Origin: Leidyana gryllorum EB-2025a
Taxonomy: Eukaryota > Protista > Apicomplexa
Reading direction: 5' to 3'
Assembly (NCBI GenBank): GCA_048772705.1
Contig: JBLWGC010000230.1
Coordinates: 496,001-560,000, forward strand
DNA: 64,000 bases
The notes under the pieces are model-generated. The model saw only the letters and a list, made by a program, of their open reading frames with translations. It did not search any database and was not told where the DNA came from. Position numbers and translations under genes: made by a program. Of the stretch, positions 23,555-36,200 are shown in pieces. Position 1 is the first letter of the stretch, and each line of letters starts with the position of its first letter.

Positions 23555-24570
23555 ATGGCGTTCGTTAAAGTCATTCGCACTCCGGCCTACTACTCGCGCT
23601 TCCAGGTAAATAAACTTTCAATGACTTTCTGGGATGAGTGTGTTGCTTATAGGTCAAGAACAAGCGCCGCCGCCAAGGAAAGACTGACTACCAGGCTCGC
23701 CGCAACTTGGTCCGTCAGGAGAAGAACAAGTACAACACCCCCAAGTACCGCTTCATTGTTCGCTTCACCAACAAGCGTGTCATTTGCCAAATCGCTTATG
23801 CCACCATCCAGGGTGATAAGATAGTTGTGGCTGCTGACTCCACTGAGTTGGTCCGTTATGGCATGCCTGTTGGTCTCACCAACTACGCTGCTGCCTACGC
23901 CACCGGTCTTCTCGCTGCCCGCCGTGCCCTCAAGACCCTCCGCCTCGACTCCATCGTTGGCAAGGAAGAGGCCGACGGTGAGGAGTACCACGTTGAGGAG
24001 GAGGACCTCGAGCGCAAAGCTTTCAAGTGTATCCTCGATATCGGTTTGGTCCGTACCACCACTGGTAACCGTGTCTTCGGTGCCCTCAAGGGTGCTGTTG
24101 ATGGTGGCATCCACATCCCCCACTCCAACAAGCGTTTCCCTGGCTACACCCGCGGTGAGGACGGTGCTGACGACGAGTACAACGCCGACGTCCACCGCCA
24201 ACGCATCTTCGCTCAGCACGTCGCTGAATACATGGCCTCGATGAAGGACGAGGAACCTGAGAAGTTCGAAGCTCACTTCAGCCAGTACATCAAGCACGGC
24301 ATCACCTCCGAGAACCTCGAGGAGAAGATTCGCTCTGTCCACGCTGCTATCCGCGCCAACCCCGACCGTCAGAAGAAGGAACCCCGCACTGATGTCAAGC
24401 ACGTCCGTGACGGCCACTTCATCCGTACTGTTGGCAAGGACGGTGCTGAGGTCAAATACAACAGACCTCGCAAACTCACCAAGGCAGAGAAGGCCCAGCG
24501 CGTCACCAAGAAGATCAACGAGATTGCCCGCCGTGCCCAGGCTGCTATGGAGGAGGAAGACGAAGAGTAG
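23555..24570 (+). CDS. RPL5: 60S ribosomal protein L5 (uL18), 1 intron at 23606-23652
   Basis: MAFVKV...YYSRFQ|[27 protein letters not shown] and [18 protein letters not shown]. Confidence 0.98.
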
Positions 24571-24718
24571 ACAATTTGCGTTTGATGCACATTCGTTCAC
24601 CAACAAACTCTCTCTCATTTGTCAGATGGAACAGCCATCACCCCTTGAATCCCTCAATCCTTTGCCTATCTTTATACACTCTCTGTATCGCCCTCACCTT
24701 TGGGCACCACAAGGGCTC

Positions 24719-25561
24719 TCAATACTTGAACACCTGCTCTTTGGTGTAACCCAACTCAGCGAGTGCCCCGGACAGCTCCCCTTGGCTCTTGTCCTGGGCT
24801 TTCAGACCCGACAGAGACTCGTAGAAGGGATCTGGGCCACACACCAACACAAGTTGATCCTTGACATCTGATTTGGGCAGGTTCTTTTCCACCAACGCTT
24901 TGTCGATCCGCCCTTTCCATCCTGTCCAGGTCTTCTCGTCTTGTGGTTGGCTAAGAATGTAGTACACTGTGAACTGATCGTGGTGAGCAGCAGCCCAAGC
25001 GTCCAGCTGGTCTCTGAGCATGATTTCTGACTCATTTCGACTGGCCAAAATCAATGTGATTTTGGTCTTGTCGTCAGGACAACTCAATACTCGACGAATC
25101 ACCTGCACCATGGGTGTGATGCCTGATCCCGCCGCCAACATGCCAATATGACTGCCAGCAATGGAAGTGAGAGTACCGGATGTAATCACCTCCATTTGTT
25201 GGCATGATACTCGTATTTGGGGAGCGGACCTTTGATCTGGACTACATCACCAGGCTTGAGTGCCTTCAAGTGGTCTGCAAGACCATCAGTTCCGTAATTC
25301 TTGATAGCAAACACGAGTGTCTCCGTGTCGTTCTGAGTGTGCACACACGGTATCCTGTACCAATGACCTGACCCCCACCTCATGATCAATCGGGGTGTAT
25401 GGTCGGACTAATTCTTGATTGGAGGGCAAACGGCACTGTATACAGCACGCCACGGGGAAGGGTACGAATGCTCCATTCGGTTGTGCGGGACGGAAACGAA
25501 ATCTGTGTACGTTGTGGTTGATCTGTTTGATATCGAGTACTTTAAAGTCGACGAAGTCCAT
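24719..25561 (-). CDS. NADH-cytochrome b5 reductase family (no N-terminal anchor), 2 introns
   Basis: FNR-family motifs RPYTP, IKGP, AAGSGITPM, LVCGP and a terminal VFKY. Confidence 0.9.
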
Positions 25562-25674
25562 TGTGTGAAAATTTTAATGAAATCCGAAACCCTTGTACTC
25601 TTGGCACTGCTCACTTGTATATTTGGACGTATCTTGTTGGTAGTGGGTACTGGACGTTGACGGCGGGCGCAAGG

Positions 25675-27364
25675 ATGTCCCGCAGCGGAGACAGCCACAG
25701 TAACTTCTTTCGGGTGGACAGGAATTACACCCCGCCGAATTCCAAAATTATACCGCAAAGATGCATGTAGTGATGAGTTCTCGTCCGCCTCCCCCTCCAT
25801 TGCCGACTGACAGGATCGCCAAGAAACGGAAAATAGCCGATGGCACATCAGTTCCGTCTGTCGCGGTTCCGCGGAAACAACCAGTAGCTGCGCCCAGGAC
25901 AAGCGCTTTCCGGCCTCCTGCCGCTGCCGCCACGTCTAACACTAATCGAACACCAATTGTACCCGGACGTTTGGCGACTGGAAAGCCGACTTCAGCACCG
26001 CCTCGTTCTACAACAGCCCCTCCCCCCCTGAAGCAAAATCGAACAGCGCCAAGCGCGTCAGCGTTCGTCACCAATCGCAATGCCCCGCCACCCCGACCGT
26101 CGGCGATGCCTCGAAAGCCGCCAATGGTGGTTCCCGGAGCGAGCTCAAGCGGCGGGAATATCAATCGACCCATGATGGGCAACGTCAGTAAAAGGCCGAA
26201 CGCCGCCCCCAGCAACGTATTTTCGGCAGCCAGTCTACGCGCTGCAGTTGCAGGGGCCTCTTCTTCGGCCACGACTGCTCCGTCCGGTGTTCCCCGTCGA
26301 CCCCCTTCGGCCTCAATGTCTACACCCGCGCCGCGAGTACAACCAACAGCCACCGCCGCGGGTGGTAGAGCACCCTTTTCGTCGATTCCAGGTCGTTCCC
26401 ACAGTCAAATTCCGATTCCCGGTTCGAGGTTACCACCTTCCGTCAATTCTGCCGCCCGACCGGCAGTAACCAAGTCGTCTCGCTTCCCAGCTCCCCGTCT
26501 TCCTGTTCCCAAAGTAGCCCTGGGAGGTGGTAAAGCACTCCCCAAAGCCGGCACGGTTCCTGTTCCACCGCGACCAAAGGCCAAGGCTAAACCGAAACCC
26601 AATATTGCCAACTCATTCCCGCAACCTCGAGGTCTCAGTCGTCTCGTGGCACAACCCCCAATACGCCCCGTCCGTCGGCCAGGCGTGCCCGTTATGGGGA
26701 TGCAACCCCGCGGTGGCGGTGGTCCGCTCCCCCGAATTGGCGTTCGTGGACCCGTTCGAGGTCCAATGCGCCGTCCTATCAACCACGATCCTCTCGGACT
26801 CGACGTTATGACCGAGGAGGACATGGACTTCATTGATGACGATGACGCCGACACAGGTAACTAAATCACAGTGGCATGCCGAGAAGTATTCCTCTAACGA
26901 CTTGTCTTTCGTGTGTGTGTGTGTGTGTGTGTTCCTTCGGACGCGCTCCGCATTACGGCGATCGCGCATACGTGCATTCCACGTGCTAATTTACATATCT
27001 ACTGCTCTCTTCGCTGTGTTCTTTGTTCCCTATATCAAGTATTACAACCTTTCTGCGTTGCAGAGGATTGGAAGCGCGAGCTTCGCGATTTGACTGGATA
27101 TGACCCCAGCCGTTTCGCTGGACAGGATGAGGAAGCAGTGGAGTCTGACATGTACAAAGTGGACAGTGAGGAACATCTCAGTGAATTAATTGCTAAGAAA
27201 GAAGATCGTGATGAGTTAATCCGTCTAATGGTGAGGATCTATGTGGATATTGTGTGAATGTGTGTTTCTTTATATAGGCGGAAGCCAAGCGCCAGGAAGA
27301 AGCCGAGGACGAGGATGAGGAGGCAGCAGAAGAAGAAGACGAATATGAGGATGAGGAAGAGTAG
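25675..27364 (+). CDS. SPT2: SPT2-like chromatin protein / histone chaperone
   Basis: Long Pro/Arg/Ala disordered region, then the SPT2 C-terminal signature MDFIDDDD..|EDWKRELRDLTGYDPSRF...VESDMYKVDSEEHLSELIAKKED. Start could be 25773. Confidence 0.75.
26911..26932. repeat. (GT)11 microsatellite in SPT2 intron
   Basis: Direct sequence. Confidence 0.85.
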
Positions 27365-27438
27365 CACCCCGCCGTGATCGCTTGCTGCACACACTCGACA
27401 CACACACAGCCGTTCGCGCACACAGCTTAAAGATAGCG

Positions 27439-27864
27439 ATGGCGAAGACTGCGGAGAAGAAAAATCCCAAGTTGTGGGAGAAGGTGAAGGCCAAGGTGAC
27501 TAAGGGTGATAAGGGCGGTCGACCAGGTCAATGGTCAGCCCGGAAGGCTCAGTTGGCGGTGCATGAGTACAAGAAGGCAGGAGGGGAGTAGGTGGGGGAC
27601 AAAAGTAACGATAATCATTTGACCAAGTGGACCGAAGAGGATTGGGGTACGAAATCCGGGCGTCCGAGTGGCAAGACTAGCGAGCGGTATTTGCCGAAGG
27701 CGAAAAGAGACTCGTTGACAGAGTCTGAGTATGAGCGGACTACCGCGAAGAAGCGCAAGGACACAGAGCGTGGATTACAATTCAGTCATCAGCCACCCTC
27801 AGTCATTGCGGCAATGAAAAAGCGCAGTGGCGTCAAGAAGGAGTCAAAAAAGTCGGCTCGCTGA
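27439..27864 (+). pseudogene. bacterial/phage-type small basic protein (DUF5872-like) with in-frame TAG at 27589-27591; pseudogene, readthrough gene or base error
   Basis: One continuous frame: MAKTAEKKNPKLWEKVK...GDKGGRPGQWSARKAQLAVHEYKKAGGE*VGDKSNDNHLTKWTEEDWGTKSG...ERYLPK...QFSHQP. No introns. Confidence 0.7.
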
Positions 27865-27892
27865 GTGTGTGTGATAGTGAGTGTGTAGGGCC

Positions 27893-28425
27893 TCAATGTG
27901 TTGTGGTCGTAACTGTGATATATGAGTGTTGAACAATCACGGCAATGACAAGCACTATGAGAGCTACGAGGAGTGTGATGGTGAGGCGAAGGTCTTTGGC
28001 TTGTTGAGATCGTACGGCTTGATTACGAGCCGCTTGATAGGTTTGGTCTATCAATCACACAACAGAAGTGGGCGGTGTTGTTCGACTGCATACCTACGGC
28101 TGTGAGCACCTGTGTCTTGATCGCTGCTTTAAGCGCGAGAAAGTCATCGGGGGCGGACATATGTTCTTGACGTTCTTAATACACTATGCACTGGGTGCTT
28201 TTCCCAGTTGGTCCCAGGAGGTACAAACTTGTTGAGCAGAGCATCTATTTCCGTGGTCTGGTTGTAGTCGTTCGTCTCGGATTGAGAAGTTTGGGCTTTG
28301 TGATTACATACCGCTCGGGTGCTCGTGGCATGCAGGTCTAGTGGCTGCTTTGTGGTGCAACGAGAGATATAGGTCGGTGCCGATATCGCATGGCCTCTTG
28401 GAACTCGGACTCGAGAAGTGCGCAT
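27893..28425 (-). CDS. hypothetical tail-anchored membrane protein, multi-exon
   Basis: First ORF 28144-28425. The last exon translates to ...QAKDLRLTITLLVALIVLVIAVIVQHSYITVTTTTH*, a single C-terminal TM. Confidence 0.45.
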
Positions 28426-28527
28426 TTCGAACCCCGGACGGCCGCTTTGAATGGTAAGTAGCTGTTACACACAGCTACTATAAAGCAAGCAACAGACTCC
28501 TCCTTAACCACTACGCCCCGCTTCCGC

Positions 28528-30779
28528 ATGGCTTCCTCGGTCTCCCGGTGGTTCTCCACCTTCGGTTCCTCCACCCGCCCCTCCGGCACCGCCCCCAACC
28601 CTCATCACCCTGAGAATGAAGGCTCCGGAGCCAAGACAGCTCGCAACGCCCTATCAGCCGCCTCTACCCTCGAATCCCTCAGTCTCCATCCAGGCCTTAA
28701 TGGACGTCAACAACCCGCGCCCAGACGCGGTTCCCCCAGTAGCCTGAGCGGCTCACCAAGCTCCATCGCTACACTCAGTTCTAGTAGCCAGGGCGGCGCC
28801 CTGAGCAGCTTAACCTCCGAAACAGCTGCTGCAGCCGCCGGCTCACCTTTCCCTGGAACGGCTGCCGCTACAAACGCGTCATTAGCCCCTTTGTTCGCTT
28901 GCATATCGCCCTATCTCAGTCCCGCGGATGTCAAGAGTCCTCTACCCCTCCGCCGTCTTTATGACAGCCGTGGCCCAGTCGTCTTCCCTCACCCTCCACT
29001 TGAAGGTATTACAATGAATCGTGGGGAACTCAGACTCTGGGAGAACGAAGCTGAGCGCGTAGTGTCCCAGAACTCCAGCAACCGACGAGTACACCGTGCT
29101 TTATGGATCAGCTCTGTAGATCCACAGTATCCTCGACCAGCCGCGCTCAAGTTCGTTGAGGACGCTAATCCGCGCGACGGTCGCTCACTCAAGCGTGAAA
29201 TCGAGTGTCATGAATACGTTTACCAAAAACTGCCAGGCCTCTTCCAACTGGAGCAGGAACTCCGCGCTGCCCAAACCAGTATGGGACTGTCCTTCATCAG
29301 CAACCCCGAGTGGTCCATTCCGGAACGTGTTGAAGACGCTTGGCCGTCTGCGGAGCTCTTTGGATACCACTTGGACAAGAAGAATCCCGGCAAGTCGGTC
29401 CTTCTGACCCGCAAGCTTTCTGGTAAGTAGCGAGGCGCACACATTCCAGCACACACCGTTTGCTCCCAGGTCCTGACTTGTTCGACGTGATACGAGCTGA
29501 GCACAACCACAATTGGCACTTCCATCACCCGTCGAATCGCAACACGGGTCTTGCGAACAAGTGCCGAGCGATCTACAGTCATCGAAGTAACAACGTCGCA
29601 GGGAGCAAATTAAGCTCCCGGAAACCTGAAAGTGTATTGAGGGCAGCAGCAGCAGCAACATCGGCAGGTGGAGCCGACCAATGTTCGTATTACCCGTTGA
29701 ACTATGAGTACCACAAGTTACGGTGGTGTGCACTGGCATTGAAGAGGATCGCCCAGTACTCGGCATTGTCAATACGGCACAATGATGTCAAGCCTGACAA
29801 CATTGTGTTGGATTTCTACACGAGTCGGGCTGGGCACGATGTGTTGGATGTCAAGTTGATTGATCTGGGCACAGCCAGTATGCACAACGCGAAAGACTTT
29901 ACGGGCGGAACAAGTTGGTACGAATCACCTGAACAAAAGCTGCTTGAGTACTTCATGAAGAAAAGAAAGCGACCGGAGGCTGCCAAGCGGGTCGATATCG
30001 ACCTGCAAAGTGACTTATGGGGCGCAGGCATCTCTTTGGCTGAAGTGCTAGTGGGTCGACGTGTCGTGGATACGCTGAAGGCGCCCCATGGACCTGGAAG
30101 TCTGGACTATCTGGGTTACGAGGCCGCCACCACTCGGGGGCAGGGCAGGTTGTCGGGTGAGGAGACTGGAGGGTTGTCAGCAGAAGCCGATTGCACGAAT
30201 GGTGGGGGTCATGTGGGCAACTATCCTTACTGGGCGGTTGATCCTGACGATTGGACAGGTTGTGCCCGGAAGGCGTTGGGACTGGATCGAGACAGCCATG
30301 GAGACAAATTAACAGTGGAGGCTGCCAAATGGATATTCAACCATTTGGTACGCCCGAATCCTGAGTCCCGAACGAGCCTCACCATTGCAATGTCTAAGAT
30401 GGAGAGATTCGCAGAGGAGGCTTACAGGCGCTACCGACATGTTTCCAATAGCTTTGACCGTTTCAGTTCTCAACAGCCCAGTGTGTCGCAGTTCAACCAG
30501 ATTAGCCCGGAGACCACATCAGCTTCGACTCCAGCAGGAATGCAGGCGCAAGTGTGCGCTAGTGCAACTCCTCAGACTTCATTCAGACAACAGATTATTA
30601 ACAACGGGTCCAAAGGGAGTCCCATACTCCGAAGGAAGGAAAATGTGCCACTGAGAGCCTTCCTGGGTGGCGCTCCGCTGAACGCTGGGGCTTGGACTGA
30701 CCGTCGTGTACAGGACCATCATCATTGCTGCAATGGGGGGCTTTACACCCCGCGTGGAGCTCCCAAGTTCAGTCCTTGA
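28528..30779 (+). CDS. atypical Ser/Thr protein kinase, 1 intron (~29424-29470)
   Basis: AALK (subdomain II), KREIE (alphaC), HNDVKPDNI (VIb), LIDLG (VII), WYESPE (VIII) and SDLWGAG (IX). Confidence 0.88.
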
Positions 30780-31334
30780 CTGCGCAGTCGAGCAACATGA
30801 GCTGACCAGCGATTGCTGCTATAGCCAGCCAGCCAGCCAACCTGGGACGACAGACACTTGACGAGAAGAACCCGCTCCTACCCTACTCTATCAGCCAAAG
30901 AGAAGTTTTTAGCATCCCCATCCAGCCTTCGGCGCAGGTGAGACAGATATCTGCCGCAACAGTGCAGCCGATTGAGGCGACAGGTCGCTAGCCACATTAG
31001 CGACAGGGTGTCACTCAGTTCGTTAGCAGTAGTTTTTCTTCATTGGACCCTCTCAATACGAGCTCAATATCGGTAGTCACACGCACGCACGCATTTACTA
31101 CGTTTGGCCGGTGGTCCTCAAAGAGTAACTATAACCGCCAAATCAGATATTAACAAACAGTGTCAAAGCACAAGTGATGATCATCCATCATATTTACCGA
31201 AAGCGAAGGTCGCAAACCGTCGTCGTATAGGTTGGATATAAAACCAGTTAGTTGTACACACACGAATTCTTGGTTGTCATCGGTGGACCGACCACCACAT
31301 CGCCGCCTCCACACATATAGCTAGCCATCTACTT

Positions 31335-31619
31335 TCATTGTCCAACACCACCTTCTTTGATGCCGGGTAACGGGTGAGCCTGGAAAGATGCTCCCAGCAA
31401 AGATGCACTTATAGCCCGCCTCTTAGCATCCTCCGGAGTGTCCGGACGTGTGGTCTGCTTCTTCTTCGTCGCCTTTGTCTTCTTGCTGACCTTCCCGCTC
31501 TTTGCTTTCGACTGAGCACCACTGGGAGCAGCAGCCGTTTTAGCTCGTTTAGTCCGTGTCTTGGCTGCGTCCGCCACGAAGATAAGCGCCAAGCAGAGCA
31601 ACACTGATACCAACCTCAT
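31335..31619 (-). CDS. secreted Lys-rich hypothetical protein (first exon(s); probably continues toward ~30900)
   Basis: Signal peptide MRLVSVLLCLALIFVADA followed by a Lys/Ala-rich stretch. Downstream GT-AG segments suggest further exons. Confidence 0.5.
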   Translation of the reverse strand: MRLVSVLLCLALIFVADAAKTRTKRAKTAAAPSGAQSKAKSGKVSKKTKATKKKQTTRPDTPEDAKRRAISASLLGASFQAHPLPGIKEGGVGQ

Positions 31620-31657
31620 CCTCGCACGTACATGCACTGAATCATTTCATCAACGAA

Positions 31658-33197
31658 CTATCGCTGCTGAGAGGGATTGGTCGAACCCGACAACACCAAG
31701 TGGGCCTGTCCTTTACTCTGTGCTACTTTGAGAGCCCGCAACGTCGGCATGACCTCATGCGGATCACCAGACCGTAGCCGATGAGCTGACACAGACATAG
31801 TTGGCAGAGAGTCATGATATCTTACCTTGTTCTAATCGACGAAGTTGTTTCTCCTTCTTCGCCGGTCCTGATTCTTTACCATGGAACTTGTGAGACATGT
31901 AGCGGAAGGCTTGAGAAGAGTTCTGAGTAAGAGGTGCCGAGCAGACACGTGTGTTCAAAGCTCTGGGAGACACTGCGAAGCTTACCATTATATTGCCATA
32001 CTCATCCGTATAGTCGATCTTGACGTCGTCTTCATCTGTGCCACGGGTCAGCAGTTGTTTACAGCGTCCACCTTGGTCGACTGTCCATTTTTCTACTTCG
32101 AGCTCGCCCTTTTGCTTTGCATAGGCTATCGCGGATGCAAGTCCGCCATCGATTGGTGCTTGCTCCAAGACATCAGTAATCAACTTGCCATCCTCGGGCA
32201 GCTCAGGCAAATCTACGAATTCTGTGGTTACATTGTTTGTGTTCATTGCTTTGGTGGCAATACTGCTTTCCCCAATTAAGAAGCGTTTGCGATCTTGACG
32301 TTTTTCCTCGAACTTTTCAAGAGGGGTCATAACACTCTTGGCGAACTCTGATGTGGAGCTCAGACTCATTCCCCCACTCGCAGGTTTTATATCGACCATC
32401 GCACGGACCAATTCCTCCTCCTCAATTTCCTTTTTGACTTCAATCTCGGGCTTCACGCCCGCTACTTTGTTGCTGCCTCCGACTCGATCCAATGCAGAAT
32501 ACAAAGCTTGAAACTCAGACTCCTCCTCGTCTTCACCTTCGCCGGCTGTCGCCCACACTTCGGGCCGAACCATTGCTTCCTGCTGCACTATGGGAACGCC
32601 TGGGTGTGCCGTTGTCTCGGCCACATCCCCTCCACTCGGAGCCTCCAAGAGCGCACCCCAGTCTACTTGATTCCGTCCTCGGATATGTGATTGTGCCTTC
32701 GCTGGGGCACTCTTGAACTTTTTGGTCGCTGGGACAGGCGCAGCTGGTATCGGTGCCATCGTGAAAGTCTCTTCATCAATCGGAAGTGGGGCGCCGATAC
32801 CCTCCTCGGCACCCTCCAGCTCAGCGGCTGCTATACTCCTATAGCCGCGGTCCTCAATCTTCCGTTTCCCCGGGTGTTTCGGCCCTGTGGTCCGGATGTC
32901 CTGAAATTGGTCGTCATCCTCGCCGGATAAGCCCTCGTCCAAGACGTGCCGGTCCTTCAGTACTACAGTGGTCTCTTGACCCCTCTCCAACTCCAACTTC
33001 GACCTCAACTCCAATACCACTCCCGGCACTTCAGCTACCGGCAAAGCTTTCCTTCGCTTCTTGCGACTCTCTTCAGCGAGGTCCGTCAGCTCAATCGGCT
33101 TACGATTACGGTGCTGCAACACCCATTGGGCCACTTCATTAGTACCACCCTGCTCCCCGTCAGAAGAAGAGCTATCGTCTCCTTCACCATCTCGCAT
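31658..33197 (-). CDS. SART1: U4/U6.U5 tri-snRNP protein SART1/Snu66
   Basis: TTVVLKDRHVL, LSSTSEFAK, VKIDYTDEYG, AFRYMSHKFHGKESG and terminal AHLVLSG. Confidence 0.88.
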
Positions 33198-33279
33198 TTT
33201 TTTTAAGTCAACTGCACTTGATTAGCTGTTAAATCCGTCAGTTAAACAAATCTGTCAATCCATTACAACATCTAACTAA

Positions 33280-36200
33280 CTAAATCCATTGAGATACATA
33301 ACGCAGATCCTCCATCCCGAATTTCCGACTCCGATCCCGATCCATCACCTCATAGAAGGCTGATCGGGCACTCGACACCATCCGTGCCCCCCACGGCTCC
33401 CCGCCTTCCCATGGATCCTCTGTGTCCAATAAGACTCCCGGATGCTTCGGACTCTTCGGATCACATATCTTAGGCTTGTACTCGAGACTCCTCTTGTTTC
33501 GGAGCCACCCAATCAGCAGATTCGGATCCTCCTTCTCTCCCAAAAGGTACTCAGTCGGGTTCCCATACGACCGAATAATGTGACGCAAATGTACCTCTGC
33601 CTCCTGCAGTTTGTCCAACAACTCCGAATTCCGCACAGACGCTTTCTTCCACCCGCCAAGGGCAATCGCGTGAGCCATTTTGTGGTTCCCTGTCTTTGCG
33701 TAGTCCAAATACCGATACCATTCACTGTAGTCCCACCCCGGCGGGAACCAATGCCGTGCTGACGAACACATCCATTCTGGCCTGACTCCAGGAGGTACAA
33801 TGTAAGCTTTAGGATTCGTAACATCAGGGAGCAATCCACCGCCGTCCAGATATTTGAGCAGGAACTTCGTAATGATGGGACATTCACCACAGAACATGTC
33901 CATACAGTCCCACAACATTCCTCGCAAATCTAGATCAGGCCGCAAGGGGAGCTCAGCAACCGTATGTCCGAACTGAAAGCCAAGGCAATGCATCATATCA
34001 CACACTCAAGTTCTCTCGGCACTTACCCCGTTGTAAAAGGCCAAATCCCAGTCCACCACCTCTTTTCCTTCAATGAGGGTCACTTTGCCATTGTCCGAAT
34101 TAGCACTCTGTCCACCCCAATCAGCGTTCTCGTACTCCAGATACTCTTCACCCTCAGATTCCAACTGTGGATCGTCCAGCCAATCTGGAACTGCTGACTG
34201 CTGCTGCTTCTGACGCTCCCAGGCTTCACTTCGCACAGTCTGTGACTTCTGCCACAGCGACATGTCTATCGTAGTCACAGTCAGCGAAGGTGCTGCGCCG
34301 TTCGGCAACCACTCTGCAGCCTGGATGTCTTCTCGAGTCCACAAACCGGGGATGGTCGTCCACCGTAACAATTTGCTCAATATTTCGGCGTTCTCAGGTC
34401 GCACCAATGCCTTGAAGAAACAGGGCGGTACCTGCAGTCCGTCAATTCGCCAAGCATTGTCGGGGATCAACAACATCGTCACAGGACCGGCCAGACTCCA
34501 TCGATCGAACATTCCACTTTGTTGCATCAGATATTGAAGACGACTGAATCTCGGGCTGCTTGCGATAAAGTCCATTAAATTAGGAGCACCGACGTTCCAC
34601 GGGGGGAACAAAGGTCCATCAATCTTGTAGATAAATCCGTTTCGACATTGTACTATCTCCACGACTCTTGCCTGGCCATCGCCGATCAGAACCTCCTGTC
34701 GTCCACCAGGAAGGTCTACCAACTCGATCTTTAGTGTGCGCCCCTTCATCTCCGTTCGTTGCTCTAATATTCGTTTGGCCTCAATCATTCCAGGTGGGAT
34801 GATACGTTTCACCACGTGATACATGACTAGTTTCTCAAAGTCTTCCATGATGTTCTTGCCTTGCACGGCCATCCGTTGTCCATGATACATGTCAGAGTAT
34901 GTTGGTGTGGGCATATACTTCGTTGGAGAAAGACAGGGATATCCTTCTAAGGGGTTGCACGTCGGCTTTCGAACACCAGCTAGATTGCGAGCAGTAGCTT
35001 GGCCAGTTGAATTGTGTTGGTCTGGTACCTTCTCACCAATAATGTCAAACTCATCTCCAGCGGTCGCCGCTATATCCGGTTCGGACGCTTCAATGGCCGC
35101 CAGATTTCTTCCAAAGTTGAACGGACTCTCGAGATGACCCTTTCGTAGTAGCCTCCCTCCTCCTGTCCGCTCACGAGGTATCTCCATATCCCCATCACGC
35201 CCAGTTTTGCGACGCAGAAGATTACCATCACTCCCCGAACCTTGAAGACTATCAAGATCGATCGGTAGATTCGCAAAGGCAGCGTCCACCGGGGCAAATA
35301 TAGTCATACCGACCTTTCGCAGGGAGGTATACTTCTCATTTGCTTGGATCGCGCCGCCCAGGGTCGAGAGATCGGATTCTCGTACCATGGCTTCCAGAGG
35401 GAAAAGGTCGGGGATAGATTTGTATGGAATGAATGGCAACGGACGCTCCAAGGGCTCGATGTCGTCTTCGGCAGTCGTCATGTAGAAGGAACTCGAGGTG
35501 AACAGCGTGCTGCTACTCTCTTCCGCAGCGTCACTTGTGGAGGTTGATGGGAAAGGCGTTGGCGAAGAGCTCATCTCTGCAGATCTCGTACTAGAGTCAC
35601 TCGACGTGCTCGAGTACATGGACGTCGATAAACCCGTGCTGATGTCCGACGTGGATGAAGTACTCTCCGCGAAAGAAGTACTCGTGGCGGACCAGACCGA
35701 GTCGGTCGACGAAGAGAAACCTTCCTCTACGCTGCTCGACGTCGAAGCCCATGCTTCCGTCGCGGTGCTCGATTGGTCTTCCGAGTTCGTACTGCTATAC
35801 ATATTGGCAGAAGTGCTGTCAGCAACAGGGCTGGTGGAGCTGAGACTTTCGTCACCAGTGCTTGTAGTGATGGGATATGATGGACGCGATGTGAGGTCCT
35901 CGGTGGAGATCAACGTACTTGTACTTGCAGCCGACGCGGTCTCTGACCATTCAGCTGTAGACGCGCCAAGCGTGGTAGAGACGAATGGTTCTCCGGTGGA
36001 AGTCACACCATCGGTTGAAGAAGAATCCTCGTCCAAAGTCTTTTCCCATTGTGTGGTGGTAATGAACTCGCTCGAACTCGCCAGCACACCCACTGTGCCA
36101 ATTCGATCTTCGCTGGAGGACCAGTCTGGGGTGGTTGATTCTTCTTCATAGGTAGTTGACACACGAAGCGATGTGGATTCAGAGTCGTACTCGCTCGTCG

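Noticed and set aside
23647-24618. 323-aa antisense ORF over RPL5 (and similar shadow ORFs over RPL7A, PRP8 and the mucin)
   Set aside because: Explained by codon bias or low complexity of the sense gene; no recognisable motifs.
27589-27591. Genome-wide reassignment of TAG to an amino acid
   Set aside because: TAG terminates RPL5, BUD20, DCN1, RPN10 and others at expected positions. No in-frame TAG occurs in long conserved ORFs such as PRP8.
31330-31340. Selenocysteine TGA in the secreted Lys-rich ORF
   Set aside because: The TGA is followed two codons later by TAG. No redox motif or recognisable SECIS was seen, and splicing is the more likely explanation.
4012-33197. Functional cluster of RNA-processing genes (PRP8, BUD20, IMP3, RRP43, RPL7A, RPL5, SART1)
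   Set aside because: They are interspersed with unrelated genes on both strands, which is plausible by chance in a reduced, housekeeping-rich genome.
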